A stretch of DNA of 64,000 bases from Basidiobolus meristosporus CBS 931.73 (GCA_002104905.1 MCFE01000027.1:124001-188000), one strand, 5' to 3'; numbered from the stretch's first letter, positions 1 to 11,929 are shown. Notes: generated by a model not told the origin, from the sequence alone. Program-made: numbers and translations.

Positions 1-1017
1 TTAGACCTTTGGCTAGAATGTTCAAGTTACATTAGGTTTAATCAAATCAATTAGCTTTGTGCTTAACCTATCAGTATTTCAGTGTTTTCTATCAAGTCCA
101 TAATATTAGTTAGCAGATGAATCAGCAAATCCTTATCAAACCAAAACTGATATACTAAGTAAGACCTAATTGAGTGAAGATGATGCACTCAGAGAAGTCA
201 GCAGTAACAATTTACATTAGAACATACAATTAGTCAGCAATTGATATGGCAAAATGTGTTTAAGGAGCTGTTGGAGCCTGAATAAAAATCAGCTCAGGGT
301 CAGTGAATACAATACTAGCTAGACTTTCCATTCCTCTTCAACACTTTTATCAAGACTTGTAACAACTTTCTGTAATGCTCCAGAAGCATTTCTCTCCATA
401 GCTGTCTTATTGTATTAGTATAATGGACATCAGAAAGTGTCTTGACCATTTCCTATTCTGCAGTTTTATCCTATGATAGACTTTCCTCAACATATATCTG
501 CTAATATACTGAATCTCCTGAGGTATACATCAGTAGGTTCTAATCTCACTATGAAATGATTGAATAACACGCCATAGAGCTTCTACTGCTTGCCAAGCAC
601 AACATTTCTTGGCTTCTATCAGCTGCTATACATCCTAGTCCCTGACAATCCTCCTTTGTATAAGCTAAGCCTCCCATACATTTCTCCCCTATGAAAAAGT
701 ATTGAAATGATCCCATCAAAAGGTCTTCACATATCTAAAGTCCCGTGACTAAGAGGCACCAATACTGTCAGGACACAGTCTAGAGACCATTGAACAGTAA
801 TTGCACCCTGGATTTCACAAAAAACTTGGTCAAAATGTTTCATCATAACAATGTATAAGTAGCTTTTCATTAGTTCCCTGCCAATTTGCTCACTCTTTGA
901 TCCCAGACACTCAATTGCCTCCTACATTTGTGTGCATTGATTGACTATTGCCTCTTTTTCAAATTTCTTACTACTTGACTCAACTGTTGCTCTTACTTTT
1001 CATGCATACAAATTGAT

Positions 1018-2876
1018 TTATTTCCGTAGAAACTTCAGTTGTACATCAATTGCCAATTGTATTGGCCTATGCAAGTCCCTATACACTACACTAACATTAA
1101 GACCAACCCCGCACTCAAAAAGTAACTCCATTAAGATTCCCCACTCAATAAGTGTTTCTGCTGTAACACTCTGGTTCCACAACTCTGGCAGGAATGCAAC
1201 AGCTTTGTGCCACAGTTCATTCACTGGTTCCCACACATCCTGGTCTTCAGCTGGTGCTGCAAGGTCTAGCACCGCATCTGCCAGTCTTTGCAGTAAATCC
1301 TTGCAATATTCCAGTGTGTTTTCTTGAGCACTGCTCTTGAAGAAGTGCTGCAACCACTTAGTGTGCTAATTAATGCTCCAAAGTTCCACTGAAGGTATTG
1401 TGATAGTTGTTCAAGCTTGTAATATTGTAGCCTTATCTGTCAGTGGGATCTCCACTCTGTCAGCAATGGACAATGTGGAGGCTGTGGTAGACAAGTTGTC
1501 TTTTCAGCAAACTCATCTACCTTGCAAGAGTGTGGCTCAACTGGCTGCGCTTCCAACTCTTGTGAGAACAGCTGTTTTCTTGTTGGTAATTCTTCTTGGC
1601 TATGATGGGATTCAGTCTGTTCTGGGCTTGCATAGTCAACTGGCAACACCTGCAGTTTTTTTTGCTTGCCTCCCTGTCTCAGGCTTGGGAAGACACTTTT
1701 CCCTATACCTTTTCCTTTATCACCACTAAGTCTTTCACTGCTACTTTGTCTGAGTGCTTCTTGTACAGAACTATGTTCTCTCCTGGATAAATTCTGCTCT
1801 GGCGCATCTGTTTTGGCCTGCCTGTTTCTTGCTGCCACTCTTCTGGCAACCTGACATTTCTTTTCCCCTTGTTTTGGGCTCTCAAATATAGTTGTGACAG
1901 GCGCCTGTAAAAGCAGCTGGTTTTTATCACTGCCAGGTCCTTCACTGCTACTTTGACTGGGTGCTTCTTGAGTGGTGCTGCACTTTTTCCTTGATAAATG
2001 TTGTGCAGGTTCATCCATGTCTGCTTGCTTGTCCCTACTTGTCACTCTTCCAGCTACCTGACATCTCTTTGATGCTTTTGTGGAGCTTTCAGCCCTGCAT
2101 GTAACAGGCTCTTGAGGAAGCCACCGGTTTTTAGCCATGGCACCCTTGTTCTTCTGCCTTTGATAGTTTCTGCTACTCTTAAGATACTTTCTTGGCACAC
2201 CAATGCTGGCCAAAAATCCATTTGCCTGTTTGAATCCAGGATAATGCTCATGGACCAAGTGAAGTGCATTTTGCTTGGCCTTGAGTTTCCTGATAATCCC
2301 ATGGTATGCCAGCCTTAAGGTGATGGCATGCTAGACTTTTGACGGACTCTTGTATATTAGCCTACTCTTCATTATTGCACTCAACAGCTTCATGGATCTT
2401 CAATGACTTTTAATTTTTAGGCACTGATATAAACACCATGTTGTCTCCCTCCCATGCTGTGATAAGTTTTTCTGTGTGCTTTATCTTTGGGCACTGTTGT
2501 TGTGTGCTAAAGACTGTACAGTATTCCTCTGCTGTGACATTGGGAAATGGCTCAATTCTTGGCTGTGACCTTGAGCTACTTGAGTCCTTCTTTGCAGCAA
2601 AGATACTACTTTCTCTACCTTAAATAATGATTGCTCTACACATATTATCCACTCATCCTGTTACTGGACAATTTCCTGATTTCTCTGGGCCATTGCATCT
2701 ATCCTATCAGTCACTGCCCATAATTGCTTCATTAATGCTTTGGTATGAGCTGACAACATACTTGCTAATATTGGTGGTGGTGATGTTATCACAGACACTT
2801 GCTGGTCTTCATCTGAGGGTACTGTGTTTGCTATATTCTCATCTGCCTGAGCATAACAGTCAGCTTGTGGCTCCAC
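1018..2876 (-). pseudogene. Transposon ORF2 (unknown accessory protein), copy 1, fragmented
   Basis: ORF pieces 2661-2876, 1440-2258 and 1018-1353 are collinear homologs of the + strand pieces at 9541-11426 (e.g. FKQANGFLASIGVPRKYLKSSRNYQRQK; QHFFKSSAQENTLEYCKDLLQRL). Confidence 0.8.
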
Positions 2877-3308
2877 AGAAGTTCTTCATTGCGTACTTGA
2901 CTGAGAGCCTGAGGAGTCCGCATTATTACCTTCAATGGGCACACTATCCACAGGGCCTTTTTTGGATGTAGCCCTGCTTGTTGCACTGAATGTCAAAGTA
3001 AGCTGTTGTCCAACTGTTCCTCTGTTGCCATCAGTGTTGAGGTTTGGTTGGGATCCAGACAATTTTGCTTTAATTTATGGTGGCATAAATATGGAAGCAA
3101 GTCAAACCAAAGGGGAAATAGTGTTACATATACTTGTATATGTGGTGCTGCAACTTTATTTATCATGCTTACTATGGCAGGTTGTCATTGAATCTTACAT
3201 TGATGTAGATGCAAAGTCTCAAATACAAGACTGTCTTAAGTTCACATGAATATTGACCAAAAGGTGATATAATAGCATTACATTGTTGAAGGTCAAACTG
3301 TTTGCCCC

Positions 3309-5330
3309 ATGGACAAGGCTACTTTGACTCAACACCATAAGAGAAGTGAAAAAAGACCATGTGGCTATTGTGGCAAGCCTCTCAGCCAAGAAGCACACAG
3401 ACAGTATAGGTGGTATTACAAGGAGCATTGCCTGTGTTTTGCCACCCAAGTGATATTTGACCATTAATTGGTACTATTGTACCAACATTATCTTGCTGGC
3501 CAGTTGATACTTCAGCATTGGCACCTGGCCATCTTTGTCACCTTAAGCAAACTGAGTCAGGTGATCTTGTGATGCCTTTATGCTCACCTCAGCCTTCTCA
3601 ATATGGCATGCAGAGTGATAGCTCTCACAAAGAAGGTTCACTGATGGATTTGGAGCATATCTCCTGTAACAACAGCTCCACATATGAGCCCAGTCAAATC
3701 CCTATATGCAATGAGACAACACTGGTTGAAACAAATGTCAAGGATACTTTATGGAGCCAAGCAAGCCCAGTAGTCCATCTACTGGTGAAGGATGTAATGT
3801 TGTGGCTAGAGAAGTGATGTGTTTCTACTAATATCAGTAATGGGGGCTTTGAGGATTTATTACTACCTCTTGCAAAAATCATACCGGGATGCAACTTACC
3901 ATGTACATGGTACAAGTGGACAGCTGTCATGCAGCTCGCAACATATTATCCAGAGACTGTCCAGATTCCAGTATGTGTTAACAGTTGCATGGCATTCACA
4001 TCCAAAAATGCTACCATTGCAACATGTCCAAATTGTCAGAAATCCACCACCATTGAGGGAAAACATTGTTCACACTCCGGATATATTCTGGTCATACCCT
4101 GTCTGAGAAACCTGATGCAGTCCAACAAATATTGCAAAGCTGTAGAGTACCTCTCTCAGTATCAATCAGGTGCAAACATATCTGACATATTCAATGGCAA
4201 ACATTACAAACAGCTAAGAAGCTGAGGCACAATCTTAATTTTGTTGATACACACACTAAACCAACAGGTTCAGTAATCTTTATTTATATTTATCTGATCA
4301 AGTGGAATTAGTAAATGTCAAGGGACTGGACTAATTGAAATCTGTTGGGGTGTTGATAGGTGCATAAGATAAGTAAAAAAAATTGCATCATTAATCAGTT
4401 GATGTCTTGGCAATTACTAAGTGGTTGGGTAGATCTCAGAAGACTAATTCTTTGGAAAGGCTTGGCAGATCAATAGAGGACATAATGAACACTTGAGAAT
4501 TGATCAGATGTGACAGCTAAAAATAGATTCCAAGAAGTGAAAAAATAAATCATAACTGGGATTAGTTATGTTTGGATTAGGGAAAATCAGTTAGGGTACT
4601 AGATTTCTAATGGAGTGAAATTGACTAAGTTTTAAATGTTGATGCACAACAGCCAGAATATGGAATCAATTGAAAACTGGAGATACTTAAGATACAGGGT
4701 ATCTGTTGGAGCAAAAGCTTTGCACTGAGAGCAATGCATTTGCTTTTCAACAATATCCCTATACTGATGACCAAGTTGTACATGGGGCATTTCAAGTTAA
4801 ATAAGCCCTTTGAGATACTGGAGAAATTTGAAAGAATTGGCAAGATATTACAGAGTATCTGCTACCCTAGGTACTTCTCACAGGCTCCAATTAATATTCA
4901 TTAGCATATGCAACAATAAAATGCAATGACTGGATGAACTGGATATGTATTTTTCCAAGTAGTGTTCTATAGCCATTCCTACTAAGAGTACATTGGAAGC
5001 ATTGGGAGTCATATGTGGGCATTGTAGGAATATTCATCCAGAAGCGGATCACCAATGCCAACTTGACGCATCTACAGCTGTTGTGTGAGGAGTTTGTGAC
5101 AGGATTTAAGCGGCTATACTACAAACATAAAGCTGAATGTGTAGATCTCTGCTGCTACAGTATTCATTCTTGACTCCATCTTGCATGGTGTGTGCAGAAT
5201 ATTGGGCCTTGCTTCACCTGTTGAGAGTTTCCTATAAAGCGTATGTGTGGAGAGATAGGAGGACAAGTCAAGTTGCAGGTACTACCATATCCTAATCTCA
5301 TCAAGAATATTACCTTCAAGTCCATCATGG
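3309..5330 (+). pseudogene. CMC/EnSpm (Transposase_21/tnp2-like) transposase, copy 1, disrupted
   Basis: ATG at 3309 (MDKATLTQHHKRSEKRPCGYCGKP), then CVNSCMAF..CPNC and SDIFNGKHY. Interrupted at 4225-4650 by unrelated sequence, then resumes with the C-terminal region (EYGIN..SFPL.AMHLLF..GPCFT.EFP). Contains stops and frameshifts. Confidence 0.85.
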
Positions 5331-5931
5331 ATGTGATGCTGTCATGGATGTAATGAGTTGGCACATGGAGGTCAGCCAGGAAGAGTTGGAAAATACTGAG
5401 GACAAATGTGCACATGGAGACACCTATGCCTATGACATTAAGAGCTAAGCAGCCCCAATGTGTGTGTAATTAGTTAAGTAATGCAGAGTTGGGTTGGGTG
5501 CAACAAGCAGCTAGTTTTTATCAGGAAAACTCTACCAAGCTATGCCAAATTTGTCATGGTCACAAGCCAATTTCTACACCATTTAATATGGAATTCACAC
5601 AAACAAAATCCAGAGTGCACCTATAAGGGGGACTAGAGTCCAGCAGGGAGAAGGGATATATTGGCTCAGTACCAAGAAGCTTGTTGCGGATATTCAGGAG
5701 GTATTCATGGCCAAAGTGGCAACAACCAAGCATATGTTTGCAAGATGTATATGTTACCAGCAGTACAAGGTATATGGCACTTTGTAAGTATCATACTAAA
5801 AAGTCATAAAGTTGAGGTGATAGAAGTATGTCAATTGTGGCAGGTGTGTGCATTTGTAGAGGTAGGTAAGCAGGAGGCCATAGTTTTTCTGATTCAAACT
5901 ATATGTGGAATACCTAAGGTAGAAAAAGGAA

Positions 5932-6135
5932 TACCACTTGATAAATTGGTACAGTAACATTATACAGAGCCAGCTGTAGGCCATCATACTGCCAATATAG
6001 TGCCATCAGAGTCTTGCTATGAGGCCATTGCATTACCACTTGGTAAATTGGTACAGTAACATTATACAGAACCAGCGGTAGGCCGTCATACTGTCAGTAT
6101 AATGCCATCAGAGTCTTGCTCTGAGGCCATCAAAA
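5932..6135. repeat. ~102-bp tandem duplication in the 3' subterminal region of copy 1
   Basis: TACCACTTG(A/G)TAAATTGGTACAGTAACATTATACAGA...GAGGCCAT starts at 5932 and again at 6034. Copy 2 has only one unit. Confidence 0.9.
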
Positions 6136-7349
6136 TACCATCAAGTTTCTTGTTATATAAGGCAATTGGATGTCCTGGCTGACTGGATTTACTTAAAATA
6201 GTTATAGAGTGCTGAAAGACTGCAACAATACCATGCAAACATTGTTATAGCACCAATTAAATCTTGTCAAGTTTACCCTATGAAAAATAATTTGGTCCCA
6301 TGGATGGTTCCATTCTGGATCAGCCATCAAGATCCCATTTAGAGACCATCATAATAACAGCAGCTTGGAATTAGTGACCCTCCTAACAATCTTATAACAA
6401 GATCATGATGGTGCTTTGCTAATTTTACAGCCAAATAAAGGGTAATATTTTATTGATGCTGTAACAATATTTGCATGGTATTATTGCGGTCTTTCAGCAC
6501 TCTATAACTATTTTAAGTAAATCCAGTCAGCCAGGACATCCAATTGCCTTATATGACAAGAAACATGATGGTATTTTGATGGCCTCCAAGCAAGACTCTG
6601 ACGGCATTATACTGACAGTATGACGGCCTACCACTGGTTCTGTATAATGTTACTGTACCAATTTACCAAGTGGTATTTCCTTTTTCTACCTCCCCTTGTG
6701 CACTTCATATATTCCACTGTAGAATCACCTTTCTTTACTTGCTTACCCACCACTACCTTGGGTATTCCACATATAGTTCAAATCAAAAAAAACTATGGCC
6801 TCCTGCTTACTAACCTCTACAAATGTGCACACCAGCTGCAATTGACATACTTCTATCACCTCAACTTTACGGCTTTTTAGTGTGATACTTGCAAAGTGCC
6901 ATATACCTTGTACTGCTGGTAACATATACATCTTGCAAACATATGCTTGGTTGTTGCCACTTTGGCCATGAATACCTCCTGAATATCCGCAAAGAGCTTC
7001 TTGGTACTGAGCCAATATATCCCTTCTCCCTGCTGGATTCTAGTTCCCCTTGTAGGTGCGCTCTGGATTTTGTTTGTGTGAGTTCCATATTCAATGGTGT
7101 AGAAGTTGGCTTGTGACCATGACAAATTTGGCATAGCTTGGTAGAGTTTTCCTGATAAAAACTAGCTGCTTGTTGCACCCAACCCAACTCTGCATTACTT
7201 AACTAATTACACACACATTGGGGCTGCTTAGCTCTTAATGTCATAGGCATAGGTGTCTCCATGTGCACATTTGTCCTCAGTATTTTCCAACTCTTCCTGG
7301 CTGACCTCCATGTGCCAACTCATTACATCCATGACAGCATCACATCCAT

Positions 7350-9247
7350 GATGGACTTGAAGATAATATTCTTGATGAGAATGGGATTTGTTAGTACCTG
7401 CAACTTAACTCATCTTCCTATCTCCCCACACATCCGCTCCATAGGAAACTCCCAAAAGGTGAAGCAAGGCCCAATATTCTCCACAAACCATGCAAGATGG
7501 AGCAGTGACTGGATACAGTAGCAGCAGAGATCTACATGTTCAGCCTTATGTTTGTAGTATAGCCACTCAAATCCTGTTACAATCTCCTCACACAACAGCT
7601 GTAGATGCGTCAAGTTGGCATTGGTGATCTGCTTCTGGATAAATATTCCTACAATGTCCACATATGACACCCAATGCTTCCAATGTGCTCTTGGTAGGAA
7701 TGGCTATAGAACACCACTTGAATAAATGCATATCCAGTTCATCCAGTCATTGCATTTTTATTGTTGCATATGCGTATGAATACTAACTGGAGCCTGTGAG
7801 AAGTACCTTGGGTAGCAGATACTCTGAAATATCTTGCCAATTCTTTCAAATTTCTTCAGTATCTCAAAGGGCTTATTTAACTTGAAATGCCCCATGTACA
7901 ACTTGGTCATCGGTATAGGGATATAGTTGAAAAGCAAATGCATTGCTCTCAGTGGAAAGCTTTTGCTCCAACAGATACCCTGTATCTTAAGTATCTCCAG
8001 TTTTCAATTGATTCCATATTCTGGCCAATGGCTTATAGCTTGTCAACTTCAATGCAGATTACAATATGTGCTTTTACATGATGGCCATTAACCATAATTG
8101 CACTGGAAAGCTTGCAAAATTCTTCCAGCAATGGATACAGGTAGCTATCCAGGTCGGACAGTGACTTAGGACCAGATACCGGTGCAACTACCATTGGATT
8201 ATTGCTCTGATACCGTATGATGGGCAGCAGATTCAGATTGATAAGAATCAGTGGTGAGCAGGATTTGCTGGTAGAGTACTTGTTTAATGAGAATCCATCT
8301 AGTGCTAAAACAAAGGCATGGTCATACATACCTTCAAAGTAGCCCTTGCTTCTTAGCGGTTTGTAGTGTTTGCCATTGAATATATCAGATATGTTTGTGC
8401 CTGATTGATACTGAGTGCGGTACTGTATAGCTTTGCAATATTTGTTGGACTGCATCAGCTTCCTCAGACAGGGTATGACCGGAATATATCCGGAGTGTGA
8501 ACAATGTTCTCCCTCAATGGTGGTAGATTCCTGACTAGTTGGACACATTGCAATGATAGCATTTTTGGATGTGAATGCCATGCAGCTGTTAACACATGCT
8601 GGAATCTGGACAGTCTCTGGATCATATGTTGCCAGCCGCATGACAGCTGTCCACTTGTACCATGTACATGGTAATTTGCATCCTGGTATGATTTTGGCAA
8701 GAGGTAGTAATAAATCCTCAAAGCACCCATTACTAATATTAGTGGATATGCACCACTTCTCTAGCCACAACATTACATCATTCACCAGTAGATGGTTTAC
8801 TGGGCTCACTTGGCTCCATAAAGTATCCTTGGCATTTGTTTCAACAGGTGTTGTCTCATTGCATATAGGGATTTGACTGGGCTCATACATGGTACTGCTG
8901 CTAGGGGAGATAGGCTCAAAATCCATCAGTGAACCTTCTTTGTCAGGGCTATCACTCTGTGTGCCATATTCAGAAGGCTGAGGTGAGCCTAAAGGTGTCA
9001 CAAACTCACCTGACTCAGTTTGCGCAAGGTGACAAAGATGGCCAGGTACCAATATAGAAGTATTAACTGACTGGCGAGATAATGTTGGTAAAGTAGTGAC
9101 CAATGAATTGTCAAATATGACTTGGGTTGCCAAACACTGGCTGTGCTCCTTATAATACTTCATATACTGTCTGCATGCTTCATTGCTGAGAGGCTTGCCA
9201 CAACAGCTACATGGTCTTTTTCCTCTTCTCTTACAGTGTTGAGTCAA
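7350..9247 (-). pseudogene. CMC/EnSpm (Transposase_21 + DUF4218-like) transposase, copy 2
   Basis: 404-aa ORF 8033-9247 has CVNSCMAF, SDIFNGKHY, LALDGF (first catalytic Asp region), LINLNLLPIIRY and SGPKSLSDLDSYLYPLLEE. Downstream frames give MHLLFNYIP, KCNDWMNW and LLHLAWFVENIGPCFTFWEFPMERMCGEI. The GDxPA/GH/CxxC core expected in this family is missing. Confidence 0.9.
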
Positions 9248-9540
9248 ATTAGTCTTGTCCTTGGGGCAAACAGTTTGACCTTCAACAATGTAATGCTATT
9301 ATATCACTTTTTGGTCAATACTCATGTGAACTTAAGACAGTCTTGTACTTGACACATTGCACATACATGAATGTAAGATTCAATGATGACCTGCCATAGT
9401 AAGCACTATAAATAAAGTTGTAGCACCATGTATACAAGTATATGTAACACTATCTCCCCTTTAGTTTGACTCACTTCCATTTATATGCCACCAAAAAAAT
9501 AAAGAAAAGTCATCTAGTTCTCAACTAAACCCCACAGCTG

Positions 9541-11426
9541 ATGGCAGCAGGTAGGGTTGAGAGAACCTTTGTGGAGCCACAAGCTGACCATTATGCTCAG
9601 GCAGATGAGAATGTAGCAAATGCAGTACCCTCAGCTGAAGATCAGCAAGTGGCCATGATATCATCACCACCACCCATATTAGCAAGTATGTTGTCAGCTT
9701 GTACCAAAGCATTAATGAAGCAATGAGGTGCAGTGGCTAATAGTATAGATGCAATGGCCCAGAGAAGTCAGGAAATAGGCCAGAAATAGGATGAGCAGAT
9801 AATATGTTTAGAGTAATCAATATCCAGGTAGAGATAGCAGTATCTTTGCAGCAAAGAAGGAACTCAAGTAGCTCAATGTCACAGCCAAGAGTTGAGCCAT
9901 TTCCCATTGTAACAGCAGAAAACACCGTACAGTCTTTGGAGCACAACAATGGTTCCCAAAGATAAAGCCCACAAAAAAACCTATTACAGCATGGGAGGGA
10001 GACAATATGGTGTTTATACTAAAGTCAAAAAAATCAAAAGACATTGAAGATCTGTGAAGCCATTGAGTGCAATAATGAAGAGTGGGCTAATATACAAGAG
10101 GCTGTCAGAAGCCTGGCATGCCATCACCTTAAGGCCAGCATGCCATGGGACCATCAGGAACTCAAGGGCAAGCAGAATGCACTAGACTTGTTCCATGAGC
10201 ATTATCTTAGATTCAAGCAGGCAAATGGATTTTGGGCCAGCATTGGTATGCTAAGAAAGTATCTTAAGAATAGCAGAAACAATCAAAGGCAGAAGAACAA
10301 GGGTGCCATGGCTAAAAGCCAGTGGCTCCGTCAAGAGCCCAGTACAAGCAGGGCTGAAAGCTCCAGACAAGTGTCAAAGAGATATCAGGCAGCTGGAAGA
10401 GTGCCAATTAGGGACAAGCAGGCTGACACAGATGCACCAGCACAACATTTATCCAGGAAAAGTGTAGTACAACTCATGAAGCACCCAGTCAAAGTAGCAG
10501 CAAAGCACCTGGCAGTGATAAAAACCAGCCGCTTTTACAGGAGCCTGTCACAACTATGTTTGAGAGCTCAAAACAAGCTGAAAAGAAACATCAGGTTACC
10601 AGAAGAGTGCCAGCAAGGGACAAGCAGGCCAAAACAAATGTGTCAGAGCAGAATTTATCCAGGAGAGAACATAGTTCTGTACAAGAAGCATGCAACAAAG
10701 TGGCAGTGAAAGACCTGGCAGTGATAAAGAAAAAGATAAAGGGAAAAATGTCTACCCAAGCCTGAGACAGGGAGGCATGCAAAGAAACTGAAGTTCTTGC
10801 CAATTAATGCTGCAAGCCAGGAACAGACTGAATCCCATCATAGCCAAGAAGAATTAGCAACAAGAAAACAGCTGTTCTTACAAGAGTTGGAAGTGCAGCC
10901 AGTTCAGCTACACTCCAGCAAAGTAGATGAGTTTGCTGAAAAAGGCAATTTGTCTGGCACAGCATCCACAGCCTCCATTGTTGACAGCGTGGAGATCCCA
11001 CTGACAGACAAGGCTGCAACATCAAGAGCTCAAAAGACTATCACAATGCCTTCAGTGGAGTTTTGGAACATTAATTGGCACACTAAGAGGTTGCAGCACT
11101 TCTTCAAGAGCAGTGCTCAAGATAACACACTGGAAAATTGCAAGGATTTATTGCAAAGACTGGAAGATGCGGAGCTAGACCTTGCAGTGCTGGCTGAAGA
11201 CCAAGATGTGTGGGAACCAGTGAATGAACAGTGGCATAAAGCCCTTGGGTTCCCGCCAAAGTTGTGGAGCCAGAGCAATATAGCAGAAATACTTATTGAG
11301 TGGTGAATTTTAATGGAATTACTTGTTGAGTGCAGGGTTGGGCTTAATGTTAGTGTAGAGTATAGGGACTTGTATAGGTCAATACAATTGGCAATTGAGG
11401 TACAACTAAAGTTTCAACAGAAATAA
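9541..11426 (+). pseudogene. Transposon ORF2 (unknown accessory protein), copy 2, fragmented
   Basis: Pieces 9541-9726, 10044-10709 and 10797-11306 continue to a stop at 11426. Homologous to 1018-2876. Start codon uncertain. Confidence 0.8.
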
Positions 11427-11929
11427 ATCAATTTGTATGCATGAAAAGTCAGAGAAACAGTTGAGTCAGGAAGTAAGGAGTGTGAACAAGAGGTAATAGC
11501 CAAGCAGTTTGCAGGAATGTAGGAGGCAATAGAGTGTCCAGGATCAGAAAGTGAGCAAATTGGCAGGGAACCAATCAAAAGCCACTTATAAATCATTGTG
11601 ATGAAAAATCTTGACTAAGTTTTTTGTGAAATCTGGGGTGCAATTGTTTTTCAAAGGTCTCTGGACGGTGTCTTCATGAGATCAGTACCTCTTAGTCATG
11701 GAACTTTCACTTTGTGACAGCCTTCTGACAGGATCATCTCAATAATTTTTCATAGGGTTTATCCCTATATTTGGTTGTAAAATTAGCAAAACACTGTCAT
11801 GATCCCATCAAAAGATTGTTAGGAGGGTCACTAATTCCAAGCTGCTGGTATTATGATGGTCTCTAAATGCAATCCTGATGGCTGATCTGGATTGGATCCA
11901 CCTGCAGGACCAAATTATTTCTCATAGGG

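Larger units (their letters stand above)
6276..11757 (-). mobile_element. CMC/EnSpm-like DNA transposon copy 2: both ends intact, 5,482 bp, internally deleted, non-autonomous
   Basis: TIRs CCCTATGAAAAATAATT (6276-6292) and reverse complement CCCTATGAAAAATTATT (11741-11757) match at 16/17. Flanked by a perfect 4-bp direct repeat TTTA (6272-6275, 11758-11761). Encodes transposase (-) and ORF2 (+) head-to-head. Confidence 0.93.
687..11929 (+). mobile_element. CMC/EnSpm-like DNA transposon copy 1 (decayed; interrupted at 6275/11758 by copy 2)
   Basis: Begins CCCTATGAAAAAGTATT at 687. Carries ORF2 remnants (- strand) and transposase remnants (+ strand). Its 3' subterminal sequence resumes at 11758 and ends TTTCTCATAGGG at 11929. 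Outer flanks (TCTC / GAAT) do not form a TSD. Confidence 0.85.

Noticed and set aside
1-686. Possible decayed non-LTR (LINE) fragment on the minus strand (MGGLAYTKEDCQGLG resembles the post-RT KxxGGLG motif)
   Set aside because: One weak motif among many stops. It is CpG-depleted like a repeat but the family cannot be supported.
4565-4590. Two TTAGGG hexamers
   Set aside because: Not tandem; no telomeric array.
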